Shown one piece after another: positions 11,042 to 23,605 of a DNA stretch of 39,484 bases; positions within the stretch are counted from its first letter, which is position 1; each line of letters starts with the position of its first letter. Position numbers and translations under genes: made by a program. The notes below the pieces were generated by a model. The model saw only the letters and a program-made list of their open reading frames with translations, was not told where the DNA came from and did not search any database. The DNA is from Octopus bimaculoides (taxonomy: Eukaryota), in contig NC_068995.1 of the NCBI RefSeq assembly GCF_001194135.2, positions 27,328,919 through 27,368,402 on the forward strand. The letters are read 5' to 3'.

Positions 11042-11224
11042 TATTTCTACTGCTTTTAAATAAAGCATATTACTCTACCTCTGGTATTTGAGTACTCTTA
11101 TTTTTCACCTTGTTGCACATTTATGTGCTTACTCCGGTGTAACCCGGAAGTGAAACCTGGAATCAAAGACATTAAGAGTAACATTACAAAGATCAAAGTT
11201 CTAGTAAGCAGAAAACAAATGAAC

Positions 11225-11960
11225 TACTAACATCTTCAGGCAAATGATCCAGTTTGATATGCAAAAGAAGTATTATATCTAGACTAATCTTGTTCTTAAG
11301 TAGTTTTGCTGTAACACACTCTGTAACATTCATAACCTGGTGCAACTGTTTGCTGCCTCTGTAGCTTTCTCACACAAGTGCATCTCAATAGTCTTGTAGC
11401 AGCTTATTAGGATACTGCAGTGCCAGTTATGGATATGTTACTTTCTTGTATGACTAGATTTGATATTCAGGTGACTATCATTAGATATTTTAAGCCTCTC
11501 AGTGACTGTTCCTGATGATTCTGGTTACTGTCTCCACTTCCATATACCCTATTGCTCTATCTACCATACTGCTGGTCCTTTCGTTGAGCCTATATAGCAT
11601 AGGCCGTTTCTCCTTCATGCATTCTCTGCATTCAACAGCCTTTTACAGTAGTATTTTTATACCTCTTTCTTATCGACATCTTTTTTATCAACATATGCTC
11701 TTCTCAATCCATATACACATCTCCCCAACATCATCTTGATTTTCTCTAGGATACTGTCTAGCAATGTGAAATGCCTCACACATCTGATCTTCACATTGCA
11801 GAACATGTGCAAACTTCTTCCTCTCTATCTTTCCCTTTATTATGTATATTTGGTATTTAGTCTCTTTTTAGCTATTTCATATTTCTTTCCTACTGCCCCA
11901 TCTCTTTGCTGTTACAGGACTGCATACAGTGTTTTCCCACCACTACATCACTTTGCATTT
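11225..11960 (-). mobile_element. RTE LINE family B internal fragment, strongly decayed
   Basis: Minus-strand FAHVLQCEDQMCEAFHIARQYPRENQ matches FANVLLHEDQKVEVFWIVRQCVREN of the 16085-19245 copy. Confidence 0.7.
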
Positions 11961-12059
11961 CAACTGAGACCTTGCATTAGACAAAGATACATGCACCCCA
12001 AATGTGGAAGGAAGTCCAATATACAGGGGAAAAAGAAAACACAAACACAGAATGGCTAT

Positions 12060-14890
12060 ACATCATGAAAGAAACAAATATAAATCTTCTGCAAGAAGAC
12101 ATTAAGATAACCAAAGAGGATGTACGATAATTAAGTAGAAAGATAAGCAACTGGAGAACAACAGACCCAGATGGAGTTCAGGGCTATTGGGTAAAGAAAT
12201 TTGCAAAGTGCCACAAAAATACAGTGAAACAATTAAGCAAAGTATTTGAAGACCACACAAGAACCTCAGGTTGGTTGACAAGAAATGGAACGGAATTGTG
12301 TCAGAAAGAAGCATCAAAGAGAAATGCTGTTGACAACTTCAGACCAACATCCTGTCTGCCCATCATGTGGAAGCTGTTAACCAGAATACCGGGAAATTAA
12401 ATGTCCATATTCACATGTTCTTGGATCAGAATAACATGTTACTCAAAGAGTAAAATGGGTGCAAATGTGGATGTAGAGGAAGCAAATATCAACTATTGAT
12501 AGATAAGACAGTGCTGAAAGACTACAAAAAGCACAAAACCAACTTCGGGATGGCAAGAAAGCATATAATATGGTTTCTTGTTCATGCAATCTGGAGTGCT
12601 TGAAAATATTTGAAATAGCACAAAACATCATGAATCTATTGAACTGAAGTATGAATGGATGATCCACTGAACTCACATCTAGGAAGCAAAGCTTACACTT
12701 TGACAACATCAAAAGTGGAATATTTCAAATATGTAACTTTATTGTTTGCAATAGTGGTTGATGTGATGATGGAGAGTGCAAGAGAAGGATTGATAATGGA
12801 GATACTGTATGCAGATGACCTTGTTCAGATGAGTGAGACAATGGAGGGATTGAGGGAGAAGTTTTGGAAATGGAAGGAGGTGTTTGAAAGCAAGGGTTTG
12901 AAGATAAACCTCGGGAAGACAAAGGTGATGGTAAGCGGGTTGGAAGGAGAAGTATTAGTGAGTAAGATGGATCCATGTGGTGTACGTGGGAGAAGGGTAA
13001 TGGCAAATGTAGTGTTGTGTATGAGATGTGAGAAATGGATTCATGGTAGGTGTACGAAAATGAAGAAGATGACTCCAAGACTGGTAAGAGTGTTTGTTTG
13101 TGGAAGATGTGAGAAAGGAGCTGGAGGGCTAGAGGAACCAGTGGAAACAGTGAGAGGATTTTGTTATTTGGGAGACAGGGTGGATGTAAGTGGTGGATGT
13201 AAAGCAGCTGTGACAGCAAGAGCAAGACTTGGCTGGGTGAAGTTCAGGGAAAGCTTCTCATTGAAGATGAAATGAAGGGTCTATAAGAGTTGCATGAGAG
13301 CTGCAATGATGTATGGGAGTGAGACATGGTGTCTGAGGGAGAGAGAGATGGCAATTTTGAGAAGGATCGAGAAAGCAATGATGAGAAAAATGTGTGGAGT
13401 TAAGTTGTTTGATAAGAGGAGGACTGAGAACTTGATAGGGATGCTGGGGTTGGAGGAATTGGTGGAACAGCTGGCAAGGGCGAATGGAGTGCAGTGGTAT
13501 GGGCATGTGTTGAGGAGGGATAAGGAGCATGTTCTGAGGAGAGTTCTTGAGTTTGAGGTAAATGGACTGCAAAAACGAGGTAGACTGCAGAAACCCTGGA
13601 AGGGACAGGTGGAGGAGCAGATTGGGAGGGTTGGCTTGAGAAGGGAGGATGCCCCAAACCAGGCAAGATGGTGAGATGGTGTGAGGGCAGTTGCTATGGC
13701 ATTGAGGTAGAACTGGCCACCCCTGTTAACGGGGACAAAACCCAGATTTAAAACACTGGGTGATGATAATGAACTGGTCACCATTGCTTTTTGTATTATA
13801 TATGGTACTGCTGACTTTGATTTTAACAAACATGAAAGCTGGGTATGAGTTCAAGGAAAGAGAGGATAAGATCAATCATCTTTTTATGAATGATCTGAAA
13901 CTCAATGGAAAAGATGAAAATTATCTTAAGTCACTAATTCAACCAGTACATTGCTTTAACACAAACATTAGAAAGGGGTTTGGACTGAAAAAGTGTGGAA
14001 TAGTGATTCTAAAAAGAGATAAAGTTCAACAAGTGGATGGTATGAAATTGCCCACAGGAAAGATAATGAAGAGAATAGGCCAGGAAGGATACAATTATCT
14101 GGGTATAGTGGAAGTTGGCGAATTGATGGAAAACCAAGCCAAAGAAGATATTCTCTCAGGAGAACTACAGAAGGCTGAAATTGATTTTGAAAACGAAATT
14201 GAATGAGAATAATATGCTCCAAGCAATAAATTCATGGACAGTTGCCCTCTTAAGGTATGGAGCAGGTGCCCTACAATGGTGAACATATGAACTACAAGGT
14301 TCAGATACGAAAACAAGAAAACTGACAATATACAGTGCATTCAACCCAAGAAGTGATGTTGACAGGTTACACCTTATGAGAAAGAAAGGAGGGTTGGGAG
14401 TGATAAGTTGTGAGGATTGTGTCCAGAGTTCGACAGAGGAAAACAACATTGCTTGGTATTTTAAAAAATGCAAAAGAATCATTATATGTACAAGTAAGGA
14501 AGGCAGGACTGTTATGTATGGAAAACAGTCAGGAGAAAATGTATTATAAAATGGAGGTAGAAATGGAGAAGGAAAAACTACTGGCAGGATAAGAAGATGC
14601 ACGGTCAGTTCTTGAGAGATATGTCAAAAGAGATAGATCTAGAGATAAAAGATAGCTATGATTACAAAAAAAGTGAAATGGAGGTCTTGATATGTGCAGC
14701 ACAGGAACAAGCATTAAGAAGTAATTACACTCAAGCAGAATCAGTAGAATCAAACAAATGCAGAATTTGTGGTGAAACTGGAGAAACTGTGGAATATTTT
14801 AAGTGAATGTTACAAATTAATTTGATTGGGCACTGGGAAATTAATTTTATTGAGCACTCCACAGACATGCTGTACCCTTAATGTAGTTCT
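12060..14890 (+). mobile_element. R4/Dong-like (RLE-type) non-LTR retrotransposon remnant, split by an RTE insertion
   Basis: NWRTTDPDGVQGYWVKKF, NFRPTSCLPIMWKLLT, KAYNMV, SGIFQ [RTE] SPLLFVL, INHLFMNDLKL, FGLKKC, YNYLGI, MHGQF, AAQEQALRSNY, CRICGETGETVE. Confidence 0.85.
12740..13772 (+). mobile_element. RTE LINE family A, 5'-truncated, nested in the R4-like element
   Basis: LFAIVVDVMMESAREGLIMEILYADDLV..PHD-like finger..YGSETW..WYGHVLRR; colinear and highly similar to about 1233-2280; degenerate (GAT)n tail. Confidence 0.93.
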
Positions 14891-16084
14891 CAGGGAGATT
14901 CAGCATGACACAGAATGTAACAAGGCTGGTCCTTTGAATTACAGTCAAGATGGAAAGATGGAGAGCTGCCTACAATTCAGAAAAGGGATAAATTTAATAA
15001 CCTTTATGTATTTGAAGTTCAAAAACATCTCATCAGAAGTAAACAGTTATGAAATATCTATTCAGATACCAGGCATGTTGGTTGTGGTGCCTGAAAGTGG
15101 TGGTAGAAGCAATGGATGATCATTGATCATAGTAGGAGAAAACCATTCAAATGGTACCAGCAGTGGTTGCAGAGATCACAGTGGGAGTAGCTAGCCATTG
15201 GTTGGTAGCAGTCATGGTGGAACTGCCTGCATTGAAGCTAGTGGTAGTGCTAGTAATATGTCCATATTACAAGAAGTTGTCAGCAACAAAGTTACTGAAA
15301 TAGGCAATAACAGTCATTGCAGTGGTAAGATTAGTTTTAGTAGTAACAAATTTGACTACAGTGAGCAGCTTATATAAGCCACTGGCCTAACTCTGATCAA
15401 TTATTGATCTTCAGTAGATGATCAAAGACTCTTGAACTGGAAATTTCCAACATTTCTTAATGTGGACAGTATGGAAGTGTCTCTGTTGTTAGTGATTACT
15501 GCATTTCAGGATGTGTTTGAGGAAGAAAGTTGGATATGTCATCAGGTCTTCCTTCAGCCATGGTAGCATATGTCATCATTGTAGAATATGTCATCAGATG
15601 TTTCTTCAGCCACGGCTGGATGGTAGGAAAATGGTGGGTATCTTTTCCCAACATTCTCATGATGTTGATAATATAGGATTAATTAGTTTATTTATTTCTA
15701 TTACATATCTTCAGCCTCAGTTAGTAAATTTTGTGCGATCTCAACTGAATCTCCTTTTCCCTCCCTCCCACTTCTTCAAAGGTAGCTTGAGCAAATGCAT
15801 ACACACTGCTTGTTTATGTCTGTTTGTTTCCCACCCATGAGTATGTACATACAACTATGGACATATAACTAGACACAAAATTGTAATGTATATGTACATA
15901 TATTTACATTTTATGCATGTATGTGCATACCCATGAAGGCTTTTGAGGACTGAAGGAATTTGAAACAGCAATTGTATCATTATTTCTCACACTAAGCACA
16001 ATGACCTGTTGCCTCCAGGTATGTGAACTTAAAGATCTTTTATTTCTCAGAAGCTGAACCCCACCCTACCTTCCCAGTTCTACA

Positions 16085-19000
16085 AGCTCAGAGCTGTCAT
16101 AATCAATGTTGGCACAAAGAAAGGTAGGTCTGGAGAGATAGTTGAGATGCTTGAGTAGAGAGATGTAGATGTATGCTGTATACAAGAAGTTCAATGGAGG
16201 TGGGCCTCAGCTAGATTGCTTACGGGAAAGCAAGAGACATAGATACAAATTGTTCTGGGTAGGCAACAATGATGGTCTAGGTGCTCTAGGTGCTCTACTA
16301 GAAGAGAAATGGGTGGATAAGGTGACTGAGGTAGTCAAAGTAGGTGATATGATTATTAAGCTAAGAATAGCCTGTTTGATGTAACAATGTCAGTTACTTC
16401 TCCATATGCTCTGCATGCTGGACTCACAGATCCTTAGGACGACTTCTATGAATTCCTTCAGAGGACTACCTTGATGACAAAAGAAATGATGTACTCACTA
16501 TGACAGGGGACTTCAATGGACATGTTGGAAGAAACCCTGATAGATTTTAGGGTGTGCATGGAGGTTACAGCTTTGGCTCTAGAAATGAGTGGGGGGCAAG
16601 GCTTCTGGAGTTTTGTGATGCTCATGTCTGCAACACCAACTTCAGGAAACCTGCCAACCATCTGATCGCTTATCAATCTGGTGGGACAGGTGTATGCTCA
16701 TAAATTCAAAATCTTTCCTGAGGGAAGAATGTACAACTCAACATAGGCTAGTGGTTAGTGACTTCAGACTTAGGGTCAGAAGGATTCAAAAATGCAAGCC
16801 GATATGGGAAAGGAGTTGTGGAAGCTCAAGGATCCTTCAAACAGGCAAAGATTTAGAGATGTTCTTAATGAAGCCTTTGATGAGAAGGAGGAAGAGGTAG
16901 GGCATATGATGTAGAGGACAACTAGAAGTTTCTATGGGACAATCTACCGAGGGTGATAGACTAAATCTTTGGCTGGAGCAAAGTCTCTGCTAGACAAAGG
17001 GTGACATGGTGGTGGAAAAGTGATGTTGACAGAACTATAAAAGAGAAGAGATGGGTTTGGAAAGAATGGAAAAGAGTGTGTAGCAAAGAATTTTATCAGA
17101 AAGCTAAAAAGAAAGCTGGATGTCAGGTTTATCTAGCTAGAGCAGAAACAAAAAGGAAGAGGTTTGCGAATGTCCTGCTGCATGAAGATCAGAAAGTTGA
17201 GGTGTTCTGGATTGTGAGACAGTGTGTTAGAGAGAATTGAGATTTTGTGAGAGAGAAGTGAGTATAGAGGGAAAGTGGTATGTTTGAACTTGGTGAATCA
17301 GACAAGAAAGCAGCATGGAAGAGTTACTATGCATACCTATTGAATGTGGAGAATGAATGGGATTAAGGGAGTCTCCCTCATGCGAACCAACAGAGGGACC
17401 AGCTATCCTAATGGACAGCAGTATGGTAGATAAGGCAACAAAAGATATGAAAACAGTGGAAGTCCTTGATATATTTGGAGTCACTGCTGAGATGTTCACA
17501 CTATCTGCTAAGGTAGGATATGAACTAGTCACCTGCATAGTTAATCAAGTTATTCAGGAAGGTGTAATATGCAGTGACTGGTGTAGCAGCATTATTGCTA
17601 CTGCTTCAAGGGCAAGGGTGATGCTTTGGATAGAAGCAATTATAGAGGGATCAAACTCCTGGACCAGACAGAGTTATTGCCCAATTAATTAGGAGCAGAA
17701 TCAGGCTAGATGAAATGCAGTTTGGCTTTGTTTGGGGAAAAAGCACTACTGATGCTATTTTCATACTCACACAACTGCAAGAGAAATACTTAGCTAAGAA
17801 TAAACCATTATACTTGGCATTCATTGATCTAAAGAAAGCCTGTGTTATATGGTGGGCTAGGGATAGAAGAATGGCTGGTGAAAGTTGTACAGGCCATGTA
17901 CACAGACACTGTCATTAAAGTGAGAGTTAACCACGAGTACATGTAGGGGTTCATCAAGGCTTAGTCCTTTGTCCCCTTCTTTTCATCACTGTCTCCCAGG
18001 CCATAACAGAGGAATTCAAGACTGGCAGCCCCTGGGAACTATGATATGCTCATAGCATATTCCACATCAGAGCTAGACACAAAACCTGGAATCTAAGTGC
18101 CTTAAGATTAACTTAGCAATGACAAAAGTTTGAGTAAGCAAGAAAACTGACAGGACCCTCTCCCATTTCAGGTAGGAAGCCCTGTTCAATTTGTAGGGAA
18201 AATGTAGGCAGGAACTCCGTTTGGTATACCCAGTGCAAGCTATGGACACACAAGAGGTGCAGTGGATTAATAGGAAGATTAGCAGAGAAGGTAGTGCTCA
18301 TATGTGGAAGATGCACATGATCCCTAAAACCAATAGACTTGGGAAATTGATTCTCTCAAATGCCCTGGTGGATCATTGGAGGTAATATATAATTTCAGCT
18401 ACCTAGGGGAACAAATTAATAGTGGGAAGGATGCTTTTAGAGTGTGATAGCTAGAATAAGAATAGGATGGAGGAAATTCAGAGAGCTGTTGCCTCTGTTG
18501 GCTACGAAAGGTCTCTGTCTCTCTCTCTCTCTCTCTCTCTCCAAGTGAAAGGAAGATTGTATGATGCATGTATACAGACAGCAATTTTACATGGTAGTGA
18601 GATGTGGGCCCTGAATGTAGAGGCTATGTGAAGGTTAGAAAGGAATGAGGCTAGTATGCTCCACTGGATGTGTAATGTAAGTGTACATGTTTGACAGAGT
18701 GCCAGTGTTCTGAGAAAGTCATGCATAAGAGGAATTGGTTGCTGTGTGCAAGAGAGAAGACTGTGCTGGTTTGGTCATGTGATGAGGATGGATGCTGACA
18801 GCTCCATAAAGTGCCAATCTCTGAAAATGGATGGAACATGTAGAAGTGGGAGATCCAGTAAGACATAGGACAATGTGCTGAAGAATGACCTCAGGATGCT
18901 GAACCTTTCAGGTGAGATGACAAAGGGCCAAGATGCCTGGTGCCTTGCTGTACTCAAGAAGACCCATACTCCACAGCAGAAGTGTTAAGGCTGCATACCC

Positions 19001-19245
19001 TCACCAGCAAGAGTCCTGTACCAGTGCCAAGTAAAAAGCACTGATGCTGGTCCCATGTAAAAGTGCTTGCACTGGTGTCACATTAAAAGCACACAGCACA
19101 CACTGTAAAATGGTTGACACTAGGAAAAGCATCCAGCTGTAGGAACCGAGCCAAAACAAACTAGAACCTGGTGCAGCTTTCTGATCAAACTGTCCAACCC
19201 ATGCCAGTATGGAAAAAGGATGATGATGATGATATTGATGATGAT
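16085..19245 (+). mobile_element. Near full-length RTE LINE family B (APE endonuclease, RT, PHD-like finger, 3' UTR, (GAT)n), heavily mutated
   Basis: INVGTKKGRSGEIVEML..VDVCCIQE; TQHRLVVSDF; MQFGFVWGKSTTDAIF..AFIDLKKA; PCSICRENVGRNSV..CKLWTHKRC..CGRC; tail matches the other copies. Confidence 0.92.
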
Positions 19246-19492
19246 GTTCTCTCCCTTTACTATATTTGCCTCCAGTGCCAAAAATCTGCCACCAAAGAAG
19301 CTATAACCAAAACATGTTTAACATCCAAACACCTGTGCTAAATGGCTGGTGCCCAAACAGTTGCCCTCAGTCAGCCCCATTCTATGTTTCTACATTTTAG
19401 AATTATTACATACATCAGTAACGAAAATGAAGATACTGCTTGAATATAATTCAATCACATAATTACACTTGAAGTCAAAGAAAATATAAATA

Positions 19493-19536
<44 letters not shown>

Positions 19537-19606
19537 CACATTTTTTTTACGTAGACAAAAAGGTTAAACAAAAACAAATGAATAAAATAAATGAATAAAG
19601 ATTTAC

Positions 19607-19700
19607 AGGTAATGATGATATGTTGTTTCCTTCAACATTAAACTCATCCATATTTACACAATTTTCCAGGGATTTTGGGACCTTGGTTAAACTATTATAT
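19607..19700 (-). CDS. SHOC2: SHOC2/Sur-8 leucine-rich repeat protein, internal exon (94 nt, phase 2 to 0)
   Basis: ttttatatttcag|A TAT AAT..CCT|gtaaat gives (R)[31 protein letters not shown], matching recalled SHOC2 [32 protein letters not shown]; phase fits the 28491-28599 exon. Confidence 0.92.
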
Positions 19701-19774
19701 CTGAAATATAAAAAGTAAAATTAAAAGAGATTATTAGATTTATAATATCACTCATACTGGTTAATCCTATCTTA

Positions 19775-21432
19775 TCTTATATATAATAAAACAGAAGATT
19801 TGTGTGTGTGTGTGTGTATAGGCCTTTTTCTTGATCTCCCTTAAAATCAATATTTTTCATCTGATTTGGTTCATGCTGGGAACATACATCACTTATGTTC
19901 CAAAGATGGTCATAAACTCTTCAAATTTTCCACATAATGAGTAATAACACTCTTAGGGGGACGAAAACACCTTCTCATAGGTAAATAATAAATTCCAATG
20001 GTCGTTGCTTCAAGGGACATTACTCTTGACATAGTTCTGCTACTTCGTCTTCTACTACAGTTTTTACAATACCCATTTACTGGGTCAACCTACAACCTAG
20101 TTTTCGAAAATACTCCTTAAAATCAGTGATGGACAAATTACTTTCAATGACAATGGATACATTGACACTACCACCATTGGCCACGCTGTCTCCAGCCCTG
20201 ACAACTTATGTTCTGCTGTTTACTCAAATCTTACAATGGAATACATAAAACCACATTGGCTTCGCAACAGGGCTGTTCTTGCACCTATAAATGCAGCTGT
20301 CAACACTCTTAACTACGACTTACTCAGTAAGCTGCCTTCTCAAGAACGTTGTTACAGATTAGTTGACACTTACTAACCTCAATCAGGTTACACTTTCCAA
20401 CAGAATTTCTCAACTCCCAACATCCTCCAGGACTCCCTCCCCATGAACTTCACTTAAAAGTCAGTTGCTTTGTCATCCTCCCATACTATGCAATGGAACC
20501 TGCCTTGTGGTGAAACAAATGATAGACCATGTCATTGAAGCCCAAATTATCATAAGACAGCAAAAACGATACCGTTTTTATTCCAACAATTCCACTAACT
20601 CCAACAGACAGCCCCTACTGTATGCGGAGACTTCAGTTCCCTCTCAAACTCAGCTTTGCCATGACAATTAATAAAGCACAAGGTCAATCACTGGAAGCTG
20701 TCAATTAGACCTTCGGACATTATGCTTTTCACATGGACAGTTCTACATTGGTTGTTCCAGCCATCTAGACAACTTATTTATCTATGCGCCTGAAGGAAAA
20801 ACCAAAAACATCATCTACAAAGCAGCCCTACAGTAATTACCCTTCTACTGCAATCTTCACATCTACGCCAAACTATAGCTATTAGCACTCAGACTTCCTG
20901 CAAGCATTCCATTGATGTTTTGCTTCATTTCTATGATTGCTGTTAACAGTACATTACCTTCAATGACCCTTCTTACTTTATGCACGCTGTTTGCTCATAA
21001 GTGTGTTCTGACATTTATTTTTGTACATGCCATTAGTCTATTTGTGTGTTTGCTATAAATGTTTGCCTTTGTTTATCATACATAACTTTCATTGAAAAAA
21101 AGCTTCAATGCAGTTGTGTCAGGCATTACAAGTAAAATAATTACATGCTACAAAACACTTCAGGTGAGATAAAGGATCCCTAATGCCTACTGCAATTGCG
21201 ATCTCATTTCATGGACATTCATTTATCACTAATTGCCAAATTTGCATTCAAAAACTTTATTCATTACCTAGGTTGCTTAATACCATATAATAAACTGCTA
21301 ACAAAACAAGTAAATATACATTTTATGTTTATCAACTTGAAACAACTTCTGTGGGCAAGTTCAATTTAACTGTCCAAAGGAGTGCACCATTATAATAAAT
21401 TACACCATAAAATAGATGGGTGTGTTTGCTAT
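19775..21432 (+). mobile_element. Internally deleted Helitron (5' TC end and PIF1-helicase C-terminus)
   Basis: a|tcttatatataataaa..(TG)n start; WLRNRAVLAPINAAV, EFLNSQHPPGLPPHELHLKV, CNGTCLVV, LQFPLKLSFAMTINKAQGQSL, FSHGQFYIGCS, TKNIIY; 3' hairpin and gcta end near 21402-21431 is tentative. Confidence 0.8.
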
Positions 21433-21445
21433 TATTATTATTATT

Positions 21446-21672
21446 AAAGCAGCAAGCTGGTAGAGTCATTAGCATGCTGGGTGAAATGCTCAGCAGTATC
21501 TCATCCATCTTTAAGTACTGAGTTCAAATTCTGCTGAGGTCAACTTTACCATTCATCCTTTCAGGGTCAATAAATTAGGTAACAGTGAAGTACTGGGGTT
21601 GATGTAATCGACTAGTCCCCTCCCCCAAAAGTTCAGGCCTGGTGCCTTTACTAGAAAGGATTATTATTATTA
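21446..21672 (+). mobile_element. Complete tRNA-derived SINE with (TTA)n tail
   Basis: A-box-like agctggtagagtcattagc, B-box gagttcaaattc, central ttcatcctttcagggtcaataaa block (resembles the Nin/Deu domain), ATT repeats on both sides. Confidence 0.85.
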
Positions 21673-21720
21673 TGATTATTTCAAAACATCTTATATATAT
21701 ACACACATACACTATGTATG

Positions 21721-21760
<40 letters not shown>

Positions 21761-22280
21761 CATACACACATATATGTATCAGCTTATAGGAATCCCATAA
21801 ATCATGGTCATTAACTCATTAACAACCAGCTTACAAATGAGTAGAGTAAAACACTCAAAGGAACACTGATAGATCAATAAATTTATTAATCAATGAGTAA
21901 AATTCATTTCATCCATTACAAAATTAGGAATAATTTTGACAAGATAACAAGCACTACACAACACTAATTCTAGTAGCCACATACATTACATATAGTATGT
22001 TGTAAATATATATGTAATAAAATAACAAGAATGAACAATCACATTTTAGTGCAAGATGTGCTTCAGAAGTAAGGCATCTATCAATTGTATGTACATTACA
22101 TTGTAAATATAAAGTCACCCTCTTATTGTCAGATATGAGACTGTCAGGTAACAAAATCATTTGTGCTTATATTTGAGCTATAACCTTACCTTCTAAATAC
22201 AAGTGCCTGTGCTTCCTCAGACATACATATATATAATCATATCCATATGCATATAAACATCATATATATACATATACATT

Positions 22281-22347
<67 letters not shown>

Positions 22348-22357
22348 NNNNNNNNNN

Positions 22358-22404
<47 letters not shown>

Positions 22405-22405
<1 letters not shown>

Positions 22406-23594
22406 TAACCAAAATTACATAAAAATATCTTGAAATACTAAAGACCAAATTTATTCAATAAAATTGCTATTGGCTTCAACCACGGCCTCTAGACGACTTT
22501 GGAATTTCCTGCAACACTTCTGGATAGTCTCCTGGTTTAAGTTGATGAATGCTGCTATAATCCTTGCCTTCAATTTATCTTTGGTGCACAAGAAGTTTTG
22601 TTGGTTTCTTGTTCAACTGTGCCCTATACATAATAATCAAGAAGATTGCAGTCTGGGGAGGTTGGTGACCAGATGTTAGGGGTGATGTGGTCGCAGAAAT
22701 TGTCCAACAGCCATGACTGGCTTCTACTGCTTGTGTGGCATGGTGCAGAGTTCTGTTGACAGACATAGGGTCTTCCAGCAGTCCCCCCACCCCTCTTGAC
22801 CTAGGGCAGCACCACCACCTCCAGGCAATTGATATAGGCCATGTGGGAAGATGAATGGAGGCATAACATCACCATCACTAGTGATCACTCCAAAAACCAT
22901 GATGCTGACTCGATGTTTAATTTTGATTACTCTTGGTACATGTTTTGAGAACACAGCAAGCCAACAATTGTTCTGTCTGTTCATCATCTGATCCTAGCAG
23001 AAATTTTTCTCGTTTGAGAAAAACGAAAGCCTGTTTGGTTAGAGGGGATACTTGAGATTGTTCAAAAGCTTCATAGCACAGCCTTTCCTCTTGTCCTTGA
23101 TGGCTTCGGATAAAAATTAGCCCTTTCTCATCTTGTATGAGGAATACCGAATGTCTTCACACACTACCTGCCTGACAAGAAGCTCAGACACTCCCATGTT
23201 CCTGATTGATTTCAAGGGATCATTGTCAATCATGGCCTGGATCTCACCAACAAATTCAGGAGTTCTTTTCTTATCAGAATGATCAGAGTGAGTATTCCAA
23301 GCTACTGTACCTTCATAATCACCATTAGACTCATCCAATTCTTTTCAAATCTTCTGCACTGTCCTCAGATTGACAACCAAACACTCTGAAATATTCATAT
23401 TGGAGCTTCCGGTGCAAATGCCAAGCAGTACAGCATGTTATTTCCAAATTTCTGGCTGAGTGAATTGTGTCATGGTGCTGTTTTTGCACAGATGGTACCC
23501 AACTGACTCTACCGTACTTGTAGTGAACAAAATCAAAAACAAAGCACAAAATTGAAAATATAAAATGGTGGCAATTTACCCCTTGTACCCTCTA
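22405..23594 (-). mobile_element. Tc1/mariner-superfamily transposon (probably DD37D/maT-like), decayed
   Basis: KKRTPEFVGEIQAMIDNDP, EDIRYSSYKMRKG, FSNEKNFC, IMVFGVITSDGDVMPPFIFPHGL; TIR-like ta|gagggtacaagg at about 23580-23594. Confidence 0.85.
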
Positions 23595-23605
23595 CATGTA
23601 TATAT

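Larger units (their letters stand above)
7195..11144 (-). mobile_element. Near-complete Penelope-like element (RT plus C-terminal GIY-YIG) with a sense downstream pLTR and an inverted upstream pLTR
   Basis: ORF pieces 10453..10812, 9602..10240, 9295..9633 and 8681..9199; 7195-7375 is the reverse complement of about 10890-11070. Confidence 0.9.

Noticed and set aside
15001-15044. Minus-strand CUGAUGA with a short stem, hammerhead-like
   Set aside because: It lacks the G of GAAA and helix I is only about 3 bp; consistent with chance in AT-rich DNA.
22186-22232. Minus-strand LRKHRHLYLE followed by gtaagg, resembling the SHOC2 LRKLRELDLE repeat
   Set aside because: There is no polypyrimidine acceptor, it is out of order in the protein, and the flanking true exons already join in phase.
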